Part shown: piece by piece, positions 27,400 through 39,500 of the stretch | How the letters are laid out: each line of letters opens with the position of its first letter | Position numbering within the stretch: position 1 is the stretch's first letter | From: Yuukianura sp. NJ FZ-2021 | Lineage: Eukaryota | Assembly: GCA_046563655.1 (NCBI GenBank) | Contig: JAJCTO010000009.1 | Span: 1,116,001-1,180,000 of the forward strand | Direction of reading: 5' to 3' | Length of the DNA stretch: 64,000 nucleotides | Program-made: the position numbers and the translations under genes | Notes under the pieces: generated by a model | Database searches by the model: none | Told to the model about the DNA's origin: nothing | The model's input: the letters and a program-made list of their open reading frames with translations, nothing else

Positions 27400-29640
27400 A
27401 TGAAAATTCATGTTTGAATGAACCGAATTCAAAAGAAATGCCTTCCGGATTTTATCTTGGGTTGGAAAAGTCAACTACATTTTTGAAATCCTCAAAAAGT
27501 GCTACAGGCACCCAGGGCAATGTCGAGCACCATTTTGTTACGCAAAACGACTTAAATTCATGTGAGAATGAACATGCAAATGTGAGAATTCCGGAACAGC
27601 TGGGTAAAAGTAATATATATTTTTGAAATCCTCATTAAAAGTGCTACAGGAACCCACTTTCACTTGCTGTGTCGTCCCTCATCTAGTTACCTTTATTTAT
27701 GAAAATTCATGTTTCAAAACAAAAAATTCAAAAGAAATGCATTCCGGAACGATGCTGGGTAAAAGTCAACTATATTTTTGAAATCCTCATAAACAGGGCT
27801 ACAGGAACCCACTTTCAGTTCCTGTGTCGTCCCTCATCTCGTGACTTTTTTTTTATGAAAATTTGTTTCAAAACAAATCATTCGAAAAACCTGCACGCGG
27901 AGCGATGCCGGGTGAAAATGTGTTACTTTTCTGAAATCCTCCTGAAAAGTACTACAGGAACCCAAGTTTAATTGGCGTGGAAAGATCGCAATTAAATCTG
28001 GTTAGAGCGTACTTAAAAGTTTGAATGAACCGCTCTGCCTCAGATTTTATCTTGGGTTGGAATACGGCACCCAGGGCAATGTCGAGCACCATTTTGACGC
28101 AAAACGACTTAAATTTGTGAGAATGAACATGCAAATGTGAGAATGAACAGAAAGTAATATATATTTTTGAAATCCTCATTAAAAGTGCTACAGGAACCCA
28201 CTTTCACTTGCTGTGTCGTCCCTCATCTAGTTACCTTTATTTATGAAAATTCATGTTTCAAAACAAAGAATTCAAAAGAAATGCATTCCGGAACGATGCT
28301 GGGTAAAAGTCAACTATATTTTTGAAATCCTCATAAAAAGGGCTACAGGAACCCACTTTCACTTGCTGTGTCGTCCCTCATCTTGTTACCTTTATTTATG
28401 AAAATTCTTGTTTCAAAACAAAAGAATTCAAAAGAAATGCATTCCGGAACGATGCTGATTAAAAGTCAACTATATTATTGAAATCCTCATAAAAAGTGCT
28501 ACAGAAACCCACTTTCACTTGCTGTGTCGTCCATCATCTCGTGACCTTTTTTTATGAAAATTTGTTTCAAAACAAATCATTCGAAACGCCTTCGCGCGGA
28601 GCAACTACATCTTTGAAATCCTCAAAAAAGGGTACAGGAAAATGTGTGTACTTTTCTGAAATGCCCTCCACGCGGAGCTACGGGTGAAAAGGCTACTTTT
28701 CTGAAACAGGAACCCAAGTTTAATTGGCGTTGGGATAGACTCGCAATTAAATCTGGTTAGAGCCACATAAAAGTTTGAATGAACCGCTCACTGCCTCGGC
28801 TTTTATCTTGGGTTGGAATACGGCACCCAGGGCAATGTCGAGCACCATTTTGACGCAAAACGACTTAAATTTGTGAGAATCAACATGCAAATGTGAGAAT
28901 GAACAGAAAGTAATATATATTTTTGAAATCCTCATTAAAAGTGCTACAGGAACCCACTTTCACTTGCTGTGTCGTCCCTCATCTAGTAGTTACCTTTATT
29001 TATGAAAATTCATGTTTTAAAACAAAGAATTCAAAAGAAATGCATTCCGGAACGATGCTGAGTAAAAGTCAACTATATTTTTGAAATCCTCATAAAAAGT
29101 GCTACAGGACTGTCCACTTTCACTTGCGGTTGTCTGTCCCTCATCTCGTGACTTATTTTTTTATGAAAATTCATGTTTCAAAACAAATCATTCGAAAAAC
29201 CTGCGTGCCGAAACGATGCCGGGTGAAAATGTGAGTTACTTTTCTGAAATCCTCCTGAAAAGTACTACAGGACAGTGCCAAGTTTAATCTGTGCGTTGTG
29301 ATCGCAATTAAATTAGAGCGTCTCCCCGGATTAAAATGGGTTGAATGAACCGCACTTATTTTTCTGCACTGTCATCGTGTGTCTTAAATTTGTGAGAATC
29401 AACATGCAAATGTGAGAATGAACAGAAAGTAATATATATTTTTGAAATCCTCATTAAAAGTGCTACAGGAATGGACAGTTGCTGTGTCGTCCCTCATCTA
29501 GTTACCTTTATTTATGAAAATTCATGTTTCAGAAACAAAGAATTCATTGAAATGCATTCCGGAACGATGCTGGGTTCGAATCCCAGTCAACTATATTTTT
29601 GAAATCCTCATAAAAAAGGGCTACTCTTTCACTTGCTGTG
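27400..29640. other. Scrambled satellite, probably a consensus or polishing artefact (patches ~27400-27620, ~28585-28800, ~29100-29630)
   Basis: Pieces of A and B about 10-30 bp long are interleaved, each set in its own collinear order, and short non-satellite fragments are mixed in. Confidence 0.7.
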
Positions 29641-32178
29641 TCGTCCCTCATCTCGTGACTTTTTTTATGAAAATTTGTTTCAAAACAAATCATTCGAAAA
29701 ACCTGCACGCGGAGCGATGCCGGGTGAAAATGTGTTACTTTTCTGAAATCCTCCTGAAAAGTACTACAGGAACCCAAGTTTAATTGGCGTGGATAGATCG
29801 CAATTAAATCTGGTTAGAGCGTACTTAAAAGTTTGAATGAACCGTTCTGCCTCGGATTTTATCTTGGGTTGGAATACGGCACCCAGGGCAATGTCGAGCA
29901 CCATTTTGACGCAAAACGACTTAAATTTGTGAGAATCAACATGCAAATGTGAGAATGAACAGAAAGTAATATATATTTTTGAAATCCTCATTAAAAGTGC
30001 TACAGGAACCCACTTTCACTTGCTGTGTCGTCCCTCATCTAGTTACCTTTATTTATGAAAATTCATGTTTCAAAACAAATCATTCGAAAAACCTGCGCGC
30101 GGAGCGATGCCGGGTGAAAATGAGTTACTTTTCTGAAATGCTCCTGAAAAGTACTACAGGAACCCAAGTTTATTTGGCGTGGATAGATCGCAATTCAATC
30201 TGGTTAGAGCGTACTTAAAAGTTTGAATGAACCGTTCTGCCTCGGATTTTATCTTGGGTTGGAATACGGCACCCAGGGCAATGTCGAGCACCATTTTGAC
30301 GCAAAACGACTTAAATTTGTGAGAATGAACATGCAAATGTGAGAATGAACAGAAAGTAATATATATTTTTGAAATCCTCATTAAAAGTGCTACAGGAACC
30401 CACTTTCACTTGCTGTGTCGTCCCTCATCTAGTTACCTTTATTTATGAAAATTCATGTTTCAAAACAAAGAATTCAAAAGAAATGCATTCCGGAGCGATG
30501 CTGGGTAAAAGTCAACTATATTTTTGAAACCTCATAAAAAGGGCTACAGGAACCCACTTTCACTTGCTGTGTCGTCCCTCATCTCGTGACTTTTTTTATG
30601 AAAATTTGTTTCAAAACAAATCATTCGAAAAACCTGCACGCGGAGCGATGCCGGGTGAAAATGTGTTACTTTTCTGAAATCCTCCTGAAAAGTACTACAG
30701 GAACCCAAGTTTAATTGGCGTGGATAGATCGCAATTAAATCTGGTTAGAGCGTACTTAAAAGTTTGAATGAACCGTTCTGCCTCGGATTTTATCTTGGGT
30801 TGGAATACGGCACCCAGGGCAATGTCGAGCACCATTTTGACGCAAAACGACTTAAATTTGTGAGAATCAACATGCAAATGTGAGAATGAACAGAAAGTAA
30901 TATATATTTTTGAAATCCTCATTAAAAGTGCTACAGGAACCCACTTTCACTTGCTGTGTCGTCCCTCATCTAGTTACCTTTATTTATGAAAATTCATGTT
31001 TCAAAACAAAGAATTCAAAAGAAATGCATTCCGAAACGATGCTGAATAAAAGTCAGCTACATTTTTGAAATCCTCATAAAAAAGGCTAAAGGAGCCCACT
31101 TTCGCTTGCTGTGTTGTCCCTCATCTAGTTACCTTTATTTATGAAAATTTGTTTCAAAACAAATCATTCGAAAAACCTGCACGCGGAGCGATGCCGGGTG
31201 AAAATGAGTTACTTTTCTGAAATCCTCCTGAAAAGTACTACAGGAACCCAAATTTAATTGGCGTGGATAGATCGCAATTAAATCTGGTTAGAGCGTACTT
31301 AAAAGTTTGAATGAACCGCTCTGCCTCGGATTTTATCTTGGATTGGAATACGGCACCCAGGGCAATGTCGAGCACCATTTTGACGCAAAACGACTTAAAT
31401 TTGTGAGAATGAACATGCAAATGTGAGAATGAACAGAAAGTAATATATATTTTTGAAATCCTCATTAAAAGTGCTACAGGAACCCACTTTCACTTGCTGT
31501 GTCGTCCCTCATCTAGTTACCTTTATTTATGAAAATTCATGTTTCAAATGCTTCAAAACAAATCATTCGAAAAACCTGCGCGCGGAGCGATGCCGGGTGA
31601 AAATGAGTTACTTTTCTGAAATGCCCCTGAAAAGTACTACAGGAACCCAAGTTTAATTGGCATGGATAGATCGCAATTAAATCTGGTTAGAGCGTACTTA
31701 AAAGTTTGAATGAACCGTTCTGCCTCGGATTTTATCTTGGGTTGGAATACGGCACCCAGGGCAATGTCGAGCACCATTTTGACGCAAAACGACTTAAATT
31801 TGTGAGAATCAACATGCAAATGTGAGAATGAACAGAAAGTAATATATATTTTTGAAATCCTCATTAAAAGTGCTACAGGAACCCACTTTCACTTGCTGTG
31901 TCGTCCCTCATCTAGTTACCTTTATTTATGAAAATTCATGTTTCAAAACAAAGAATTCAAAAGAAATGCATTCCGAAACGATGCTGAATAAAAGTCAGCC
32001 ACATTTTTGAAATCCTCATAAAAAAGGCTAAAGGAGCCCACTTTCGCTTGCTGTGTTGTCCTTCATCTCGTGACTTTTTTTATGAAAATTTGTTTCAAAA
32101 CAAATCATTCGAAAAACCTGCACGCGGAGCGATGCCGGGTGAAAATGTGTTACTTTTCTGAAATCCTCCTGAAAAGTA

Positions 32179-35100
32179 CTACAGGAACCCAAGTTTAATT
32201 GGCGTGGATAGATCGCAATTAAATCTGGTTAGAGCGTACTTAAAAGTTTGAATGAACCGTTCTGCCTCGGATTTTATCTTGGGTTGGAATACGGCACCCA
32301 GGGCAATGTCGAGCACCATTTTGACGCAAAACGACTTAAATTTGTGAGAATCAACATGCAAATGTGAGAATAAACAGAAAGTAATATATATTTTTGAAAT
32401 CCTCATTAAAAGTGCTACAGGAACCCACTTTCACTTGCTGTGTCGTCCCTCATCTAGTTACCTTTATTTATGAAAATTTGTTTCAAAACAAATCATTCGA
32501 AAAACCTGCGCGCGGAGCGATGCCGGGTGAAAATGAGTTACTTTTCTGAAATGCTCCTGAAAAGTACTACAGGAACCCAAGTTTATTTGGCGTGGATAGA
32601 TCGCAATTAAATCTGGTTAGAGCGTACTTAAAAGTTTGAATGAACCGTTCTGCCTCGGATTTTATCTTGGGTTGGAATACGGCACCCAGGGCAATGTCGA
32701 GCACCATTTTGACGCAAAACGACTTAAATTTGTGAGAATGAACATGCAAATGTGAGAATGAACAGAAAGTAATATATATTTTTGAAATCCTCATTAAAAG
32801 TGCTACAGGAACCCACTTTCACTTGCTGTGTCGTCCCTCATCTAGTTACCTTTATTTATGAAAATTCATGTTTCAAAACAAAGAATTCAAAAGAAATGCA
32901 TTCCGGAACGATGCTGGGTAAAAGTCAACTATATTTTTGAAATCCTCATAAAAAGGGCTACAGGAACCCACTTTCACTTGCTGTGTCGTCCCTCATCTCG
33001 TGACTTTTTTTATGAAAATTTGTTTCAAAACAAATCATTCGAAAAACCTGCACGCGGAGCGATGCCGGGTGAAAATGTGTTACTTTTCTGAAATCCTCCT
33101 GAAAAGTACTACAGGAACCCAAGTTTAATTGGCGTGGATAGATCGCAATTAAATCTGGTTAGAGCGTACTTAAAAGTTTGAATGAACCGTTCTGCCTCGG
33201 ATTTTATCTTGGGTTGGAATACGGCACCCAGGGCAATGTCGAGCACCATTTTGACGCAAAACGACTTAAATTTGTGAGAATCAACATGCAAATGTGAGAA
33301 TGAACAGAAAGTAATATATATTTTTGAAATCCTCATTAAAAGTGCTACAGGAACCCACTTTCACTTGCTGTGTCGTCCCTCATCTAGTTACCTTTATTTA
33401 TGAAAATTCATGTTTCAAAACAAAGAATTCAAAAGAAATGCATTCCGAAACGATGCTGAATAAAAGTCAGCTACATTTTTGAAATCCTCATAAAAAAGGC
33501 TAAAGGAGCCCACTTTCGCTTGCTGTGTTGTCCTTCATCTCGTGACTTTTTTTATGAAAATTTGTTTCAAAACAAATCATTCGAAAAACCTGCACGCGGA
33601 GCGATGCCGGGTGAAAATGTGTTACTTTTCTGAAATCCTCCTGAAAAGTACTACAGGAACCCAAGTTTAATTGGAGTGGATAGATCGCAATTAAATCTGG
33701 TTAGAGCGTACTTAAAAGTTTGAATGAACCGCTCTGCCTCAGATTTTATCTTGGGTTGGAATACGGCACCCAGGGCAATATCGAGCACCATTTTGACGCA
33801 AAACGACTTAAATTTGTGAGAATGAACATGCAAATGTGAGAATGAACAGAAAGTAATATATATTTTTGAAATCCTCATTAAAAGTGCTACAGGAACCCAC
33901 TTTCACTTGCTGTGTCGTCCCTCATCTAGTTACCTTTATTTATGAAAATTCATGTTTCAAAACAAATCATTCGAAAAACCTGCGCGCGGAGCGATGCCGG
34001 GTGAAAATGAGTTACTTTTCTGAAATGCTCCTGAAAAGTACTACAGGAACCCAAGTTTATTTGGCGTGGATAGATCGCAATTAAATCTGGTTAGAGCGTA
34101 CTTAAAAGTTTGAATGAACCGTTCTGCCTCGGATTTTATCTTGGGTTGGAATACGGCACCCAGGGCAATGTCGAGCACCATTTTGACGCAAAACGACTTA
34201 AATTTGTGAGAATGAACATGCAAATGTGAGAATGAACAGAAAGTAATATATATTTTTGAAATCCTCATTAAAAGTGCTACAGGAACCCACTTTCACTTGC
34301 TGTGTCGTCCCTCATCTAGTTACCTTTATTTATGAAAATTCATGTTTCAAAACAAAGAATTCAAAAGAAATGCATTCCGGAGCGATGCTGGGTAAAAGTC
34401 AACTATATTTTTGAAATCCTCATAAAAAGGGCTACAGGAACCCACTTTCACTTGCTGTGTCGTCCCTCATCTCGTGACTTTTTTTTATGAAAATTTGTTT
34501 CAAAACAAATCATTCGAAAAACCTGCACGCGGAGCGATGCCGGGTGAAAATGTGTTACTTTTCTGAAATCCTCCTGAAAAGTACTACAGGAACCCAAGTT
34601 TAATTGGCGTGGATAGATCGCAATTAAATCTGGTTAGAGCGTACTTAAAAGTTTGAATGAACCGTTCTGCCTCGGATTTTATCTTGGGTTGGAATACGGC
34701 ACCCAGGGCAATGTCGAGCACCATTTTGACGCAAAACGACTTAAATTTGTGAGAATCAACATGCAAATGTGAGAATGAACAGAAAGTAATATATATTTTT
34801 GAAATCCTCATTAAAAGTGCTACAGGAACCCACTTTCACTTGCTGTGTCGTCCCTCATCTAGTTACCTTTATTTATGAAAATTCATGTTTCAAAACAAAG
34901 AATTCAAAAGAAATGCATTCCGAAACGATGCTGAATAAAAGTCAGCCACATTTTTGAAATCCTCATAAAAAAGGCTAAAGGAGCCCACTTTCGCTTGCTG
35001 TGTTGTCCTTCATCTCGTGACTTTTTTTATGAAAATTTGTTTCAAAACAAATCATTCGAAAAACCTGCACGCGGAGCGATGCCGGGTGAAAATGTGTTAC

Positions 35101-36598
35101 TTTTCTGAAATCCTCCTGAAAAGTACTACAGGAACCCAAGTTTAATTGGCGTGGATAGATCGCAATTAAATCTGGTTAGAGCGTACTTAAAAGTTTGAAT
35201 GAACCGTCCTGCCTCGGATTTTATCTTGGGTTGGAATACGGCACCCAGGGCAATGTCGAGCACCATTTTGACGCAAAACGACTTAAATTTGTGAGAATCA
35301 ACATGCAAATGTGAGAATAAACAGAAAGTAATATATATTTTTGAAATCCTCATTAAAAGTGCTACAGGAACCCACTTTCACTTGCTGTGTCGTCCCTCAT
35401 CTAGTTACCTTTATTTATGAAAATTCATGTTTCAAAACAAATCATTCGAAAAACCTGCGCGCGGAGCGATGCCGGGTGAAAATGAGTTACTTTTCTGAAA
35501 TGCTCCTGAAAAGTACTACAGGAACCCAAGTTTAATTTGGCGTGGATAGATCGCAATTAAATCTGGTTAGAGCGTACTTAAAAGTTTGAATGAACCGTTC
35601 TGCCTCGGATTTTATCTTGGGTTGGAATACGGCACCCAGGGCAATGTCGAGCACCATTTTGACGCAAAACGACTTAAATTTGTGAGAATGAACATGCAAA
35701 TGTGAGAATGAACAGAAAGTAATATATATTTTTGAAATCCTCATTAAAAGTGCTACAGGAACCCACTTTCACTTGCTGTGTCGTCCCTCATCTAGTTACC
35801 TTTATTTATGAAAATTCATGTTTCAAAACAAAGAATTCAAAAGAAATGCATTCCGGAGCGATGCTGGGTAAAAGTCAACTATATTTTTGAAACCTCATAA
35901 AAAGGGCTACAGGAACCCACTTTCACTTGCTGATTCGTCCCTCATCTCGTGACCTTTTTATGAAAATTTGTTTCAAAACAAATCATTCGAAAAACCTGCA
36001 CGCGGAGCGATGCCGGGTGAAAATGTGTTACTTTTCTGAAATCCTCCTGAAAAGTACTACAGGAACCCAAGTTTAATTGGCGTGGATAGATCGCAATTAA
36101 ATCTGGTTAGAGCGTACTTAAAAGTTTGAATGAACCGTTCTGCCTCGGATTTTATCTTGGGTTGGAATACGGCACCCAGGGCAATGTCGAGCACCATTTT
36201 GACGCAAAACGACTTAAATTTGTGAGAATCAACATGCAAATGTGAGAATGAACAGAAAGTAATATATATTTTTGAAATCCTCATTAAAAGTGCTACAGGA
36301 ACCCACTTTCACTTGCTGTGTCGTCCCTCATCTAGTTACCTTTATTTATGAAAATTCATGTTTCAAAACAAAGAATTCAAAAGAAATGCATTCCGAAACG
36401 ATGCTGAATAAAAGTCAGCCACATTTTTGAAATCCTCATAAAAAAGGCTAAAGGAGCCCACTTTCGCTTGCTGTGTTGTCCTTCATCTCGTGACTTTTTT
36501 TATGAAAATTTGTTTCAAAACAAATCATTCGAAAAACCTGCACGCGGAGCGATGCCGGGTGAAAATGTGTTACTTTTCTGAAATCCTCCTGAAAAGTA
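32179..36598 (+). repeat. HOR of ~1473 bp (389+542+542) x3
   Basis: A anchors at 32179, 33651, 35126 and 36599. The B variant CCGAAACGATGCTGAATAAAAGTCAGC recurs with the same period. Confidence 0.85.
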
Positions 36599-39500
36599 CT
36601 ACAGGAACCCAAGTTTAATTGGCGTGGATAGATCGCAATTAAATCTGGTTAGAGCGTACTTAAAAGTTTGAATGAACCGTTCTGCCTCGGATTTTATCTT
36701 GGGTTGGAATACGGCACCCAGGGCAATGTCGAGCACCATTTTGACGCAAAACGACTTAAATTTGTGAGAATCAACATGCAAATGTGAGATTAAACAGAAA
36801 GTAATATATATTTTTGAAATCCTCATTAAAAGTGCTACAGGAACCCACTTTCACTTGCTGTGTCGTCCCTCATCTAGTTACCTTTATTTATGAAAATTCA
36901 TGTTTCAAAACAAATCATTCGAAAAACCTGCGCGCGGAGCGATGCCGGGTGAAAATGAGTTACTTTTCTGAAATGCTCCTGAAAAGTACTACAGGAACCC
37001 AAGTTTATTTGGCGTGGATAGATCGCAATTAAATCTGGTTAGAGCGTACTTAAAAGTTTGAATGAACCGTTCTGCCTCGGATTTTATCTTGGGTTGGAAT
37101 ACGGCACCCAGGGCAATGTCGAGCACCATTTTGACGCAAAACGACTTAAATTTGTGAGAATCAACATGCAAATGTGAGAATGAACAGAAAGTAATATATA
37201 TTTTTGAAATCCTCATTAAAAGTGCTACAGGAACCCACTTTCACTTGCTGTGTCGTCCCTCATCTAGTTACCTTTATTTATGAAAATTCATGTTTCAAAA
37301 CAAAGAATTCAAAAGAAATGCATTCCGAAACGATGCTGAATAAAAGTTAGCTACATTTTTGAAATCCTCATAAAAAAGGCTACAGGAGCCCACTTTCGCT
37401 TGCTGTGTTGTCCTTCATCTCGTGACTTTTTTTATGAAAATTTGTTTCAAAACAAATCATTCGAAAAACCTGCACGCGGAGCGATGCCGGGTGAAAATGT
37501 GTTACTTTTCTGAAATCCTCCTGAAAAGTACTACAGGAACCCAAGTTTAATTGGCGTGGAAAGATCGCAATTAAATCCGGTTAGCGCGTACATAAAACTC
37601 TGGATGAACCGCTCTGTCTCGGATTTTATCTTGCATTGGTATACGGCACCCAGGGCAATGTCGAGCACCATTTTGACGCAAAACGACTTAAATTTGTGAG
37701 AATGAACATGCAAATGTGAGAATGAACAGAAAGTAATATATATTTTTGAAATCCTCATTAAAAGTGCTACAGGAACCCACTTTCACTTGCTGTGTCGTCC
37801 CTCATCTAGTTACCTTTATTTATGAAAATTCATGTTTCAAAACAAAGAATTCAAAAGAAATGCATTCCGGAACGATGCTGGGTAAAAGTCAACTATATTT
37901 TTGAAACCTCATAAAAAGGGCTACAGGAACCCACTTTCACTTGCTGTGTCGTCCCTCATCTAGTTACCTTTATTTATGAAAATTCATGTTTCAAAACAAA
38001 GAATTCAAAAGAAATGCATTCCGAAACGATGCTGAATAAAAGTTAGCTACATTTTTGAAATCCTCATAAAAAAGGCTAAAGGAGCCCACTTTCGCTTGCT
38101 GTGTTGTCCTTCATCTCGTGACTTTTTTTATGAAAATTTGTTTCAAAACAAATCATTCGAAAAACCTGCACGCGGAGCGATGCCGGGTGAAAATGTGTTA
38201 CTTTTCTGAAATCCTCCTGAAAAGTACTACAGGAACCCAAGTTTAATTGGCGTGGAAAGATCGCAATTAAATCTAGTTAGAGCGTACTTAAAAGTTTGAA
38301 TGAACCGCTCTGTCTCGGATTTTATCTTGGATTGGAATACGGCACCCAGGGCAATGTCGAGCACCATTTTGACGCAAAACGACTTAAATTTGTGAGAATG
38401 AACATGCAAATGTGAGAATGAACAGAAAGTAATATATATTTTTGAAATCCTCATTAAAAGTGCTACAGGAACCCACTTTCACTTGCTGTGTCGTCCCTCA
38501 TCTAGTTACCTTTATTTATGAAAATTCATGTTTCAAAACAAAGAATTCAAAACAAATGCATTCCGGAACGATGCTGGGTAAAAGTCAACTATATTTTTGA
38601 AACCTCATAAAAAGGGCTACAGGAACCCACTTTCACTTGCTGTGTCGTCCCTCATCTAGTTACCTTTATTTATGAAAATTCATGTTTCAAAACAAAGAAT
38701 TCAAAAGAAATGCATTCCGGAACGATGCTGGGTAAAAGTCAACTATATTTTTGAAACCTCATAAAAAGGGCTACAGGAACCCACTTTTACTTGCTGTGTC
38801 GCCCCTCATCTCGTGACTTTTCTTTTTATTAAAATTTGTTACAACAAAACAAATCATTCGAAAAACCTCCACGCGGAGCGATGCCGGGTGAAAATGTGTT
38901 ACTTTTCTGAAATCCTCCTGAAAAGTACTACAGGTACCCAAGTTTAATTGGCGTGGATAGATCGCAATTAAATCTGGTTAGAGCGTACTTAAAAGTTTGA
39001 ATGAACCGTTCTGCCTCGGATTTTATCTTGGGTTGGAATACGGCACCCAGGGCAATGTCGAGCACCATTTTGACGCAAAACGACTTAAATTTGTGAGAAT
39101 CAACATGCAAATGTGAGATTAAACAGAAAGTAATATATATTTTTGAAATCCTCATTAAAAGTGCTACAGGAACCCACTTTCACTTGCTGTGTCGTCCCTC
39201 ATCTAGTTACCTTTATTTATGAAAATTTGTTTCAAAACAAATCATTCGAAAAACCTGCGCGCGGAGCGATGCCGGGTGAAAATGAGTTACTTTTCTGAAA
39301 TGCTCCTGAAAAGTACTACAGGAACCCAAGTTTATTTGGCGTGGATAGATCGCAATTAAATCTGGTTAGAGCGTACTTAAAAGTTTGAATGAACCGTTCT
39401 GCCTCGGATTTTATCTTGGGTTGGAATACGGCACCCAGGGCAATGTCGAGCACCATTTTGACGCAAAACGACTTAAATTTGTGAGAATCAACATGCAAAT

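Noticed and set aside
29530..29600. Complete tRNA gene around the T-arm hairpin
   Set aside because: The flanks are satellite B sequence, with no D-arm, anticodon arm or acceptor stem.
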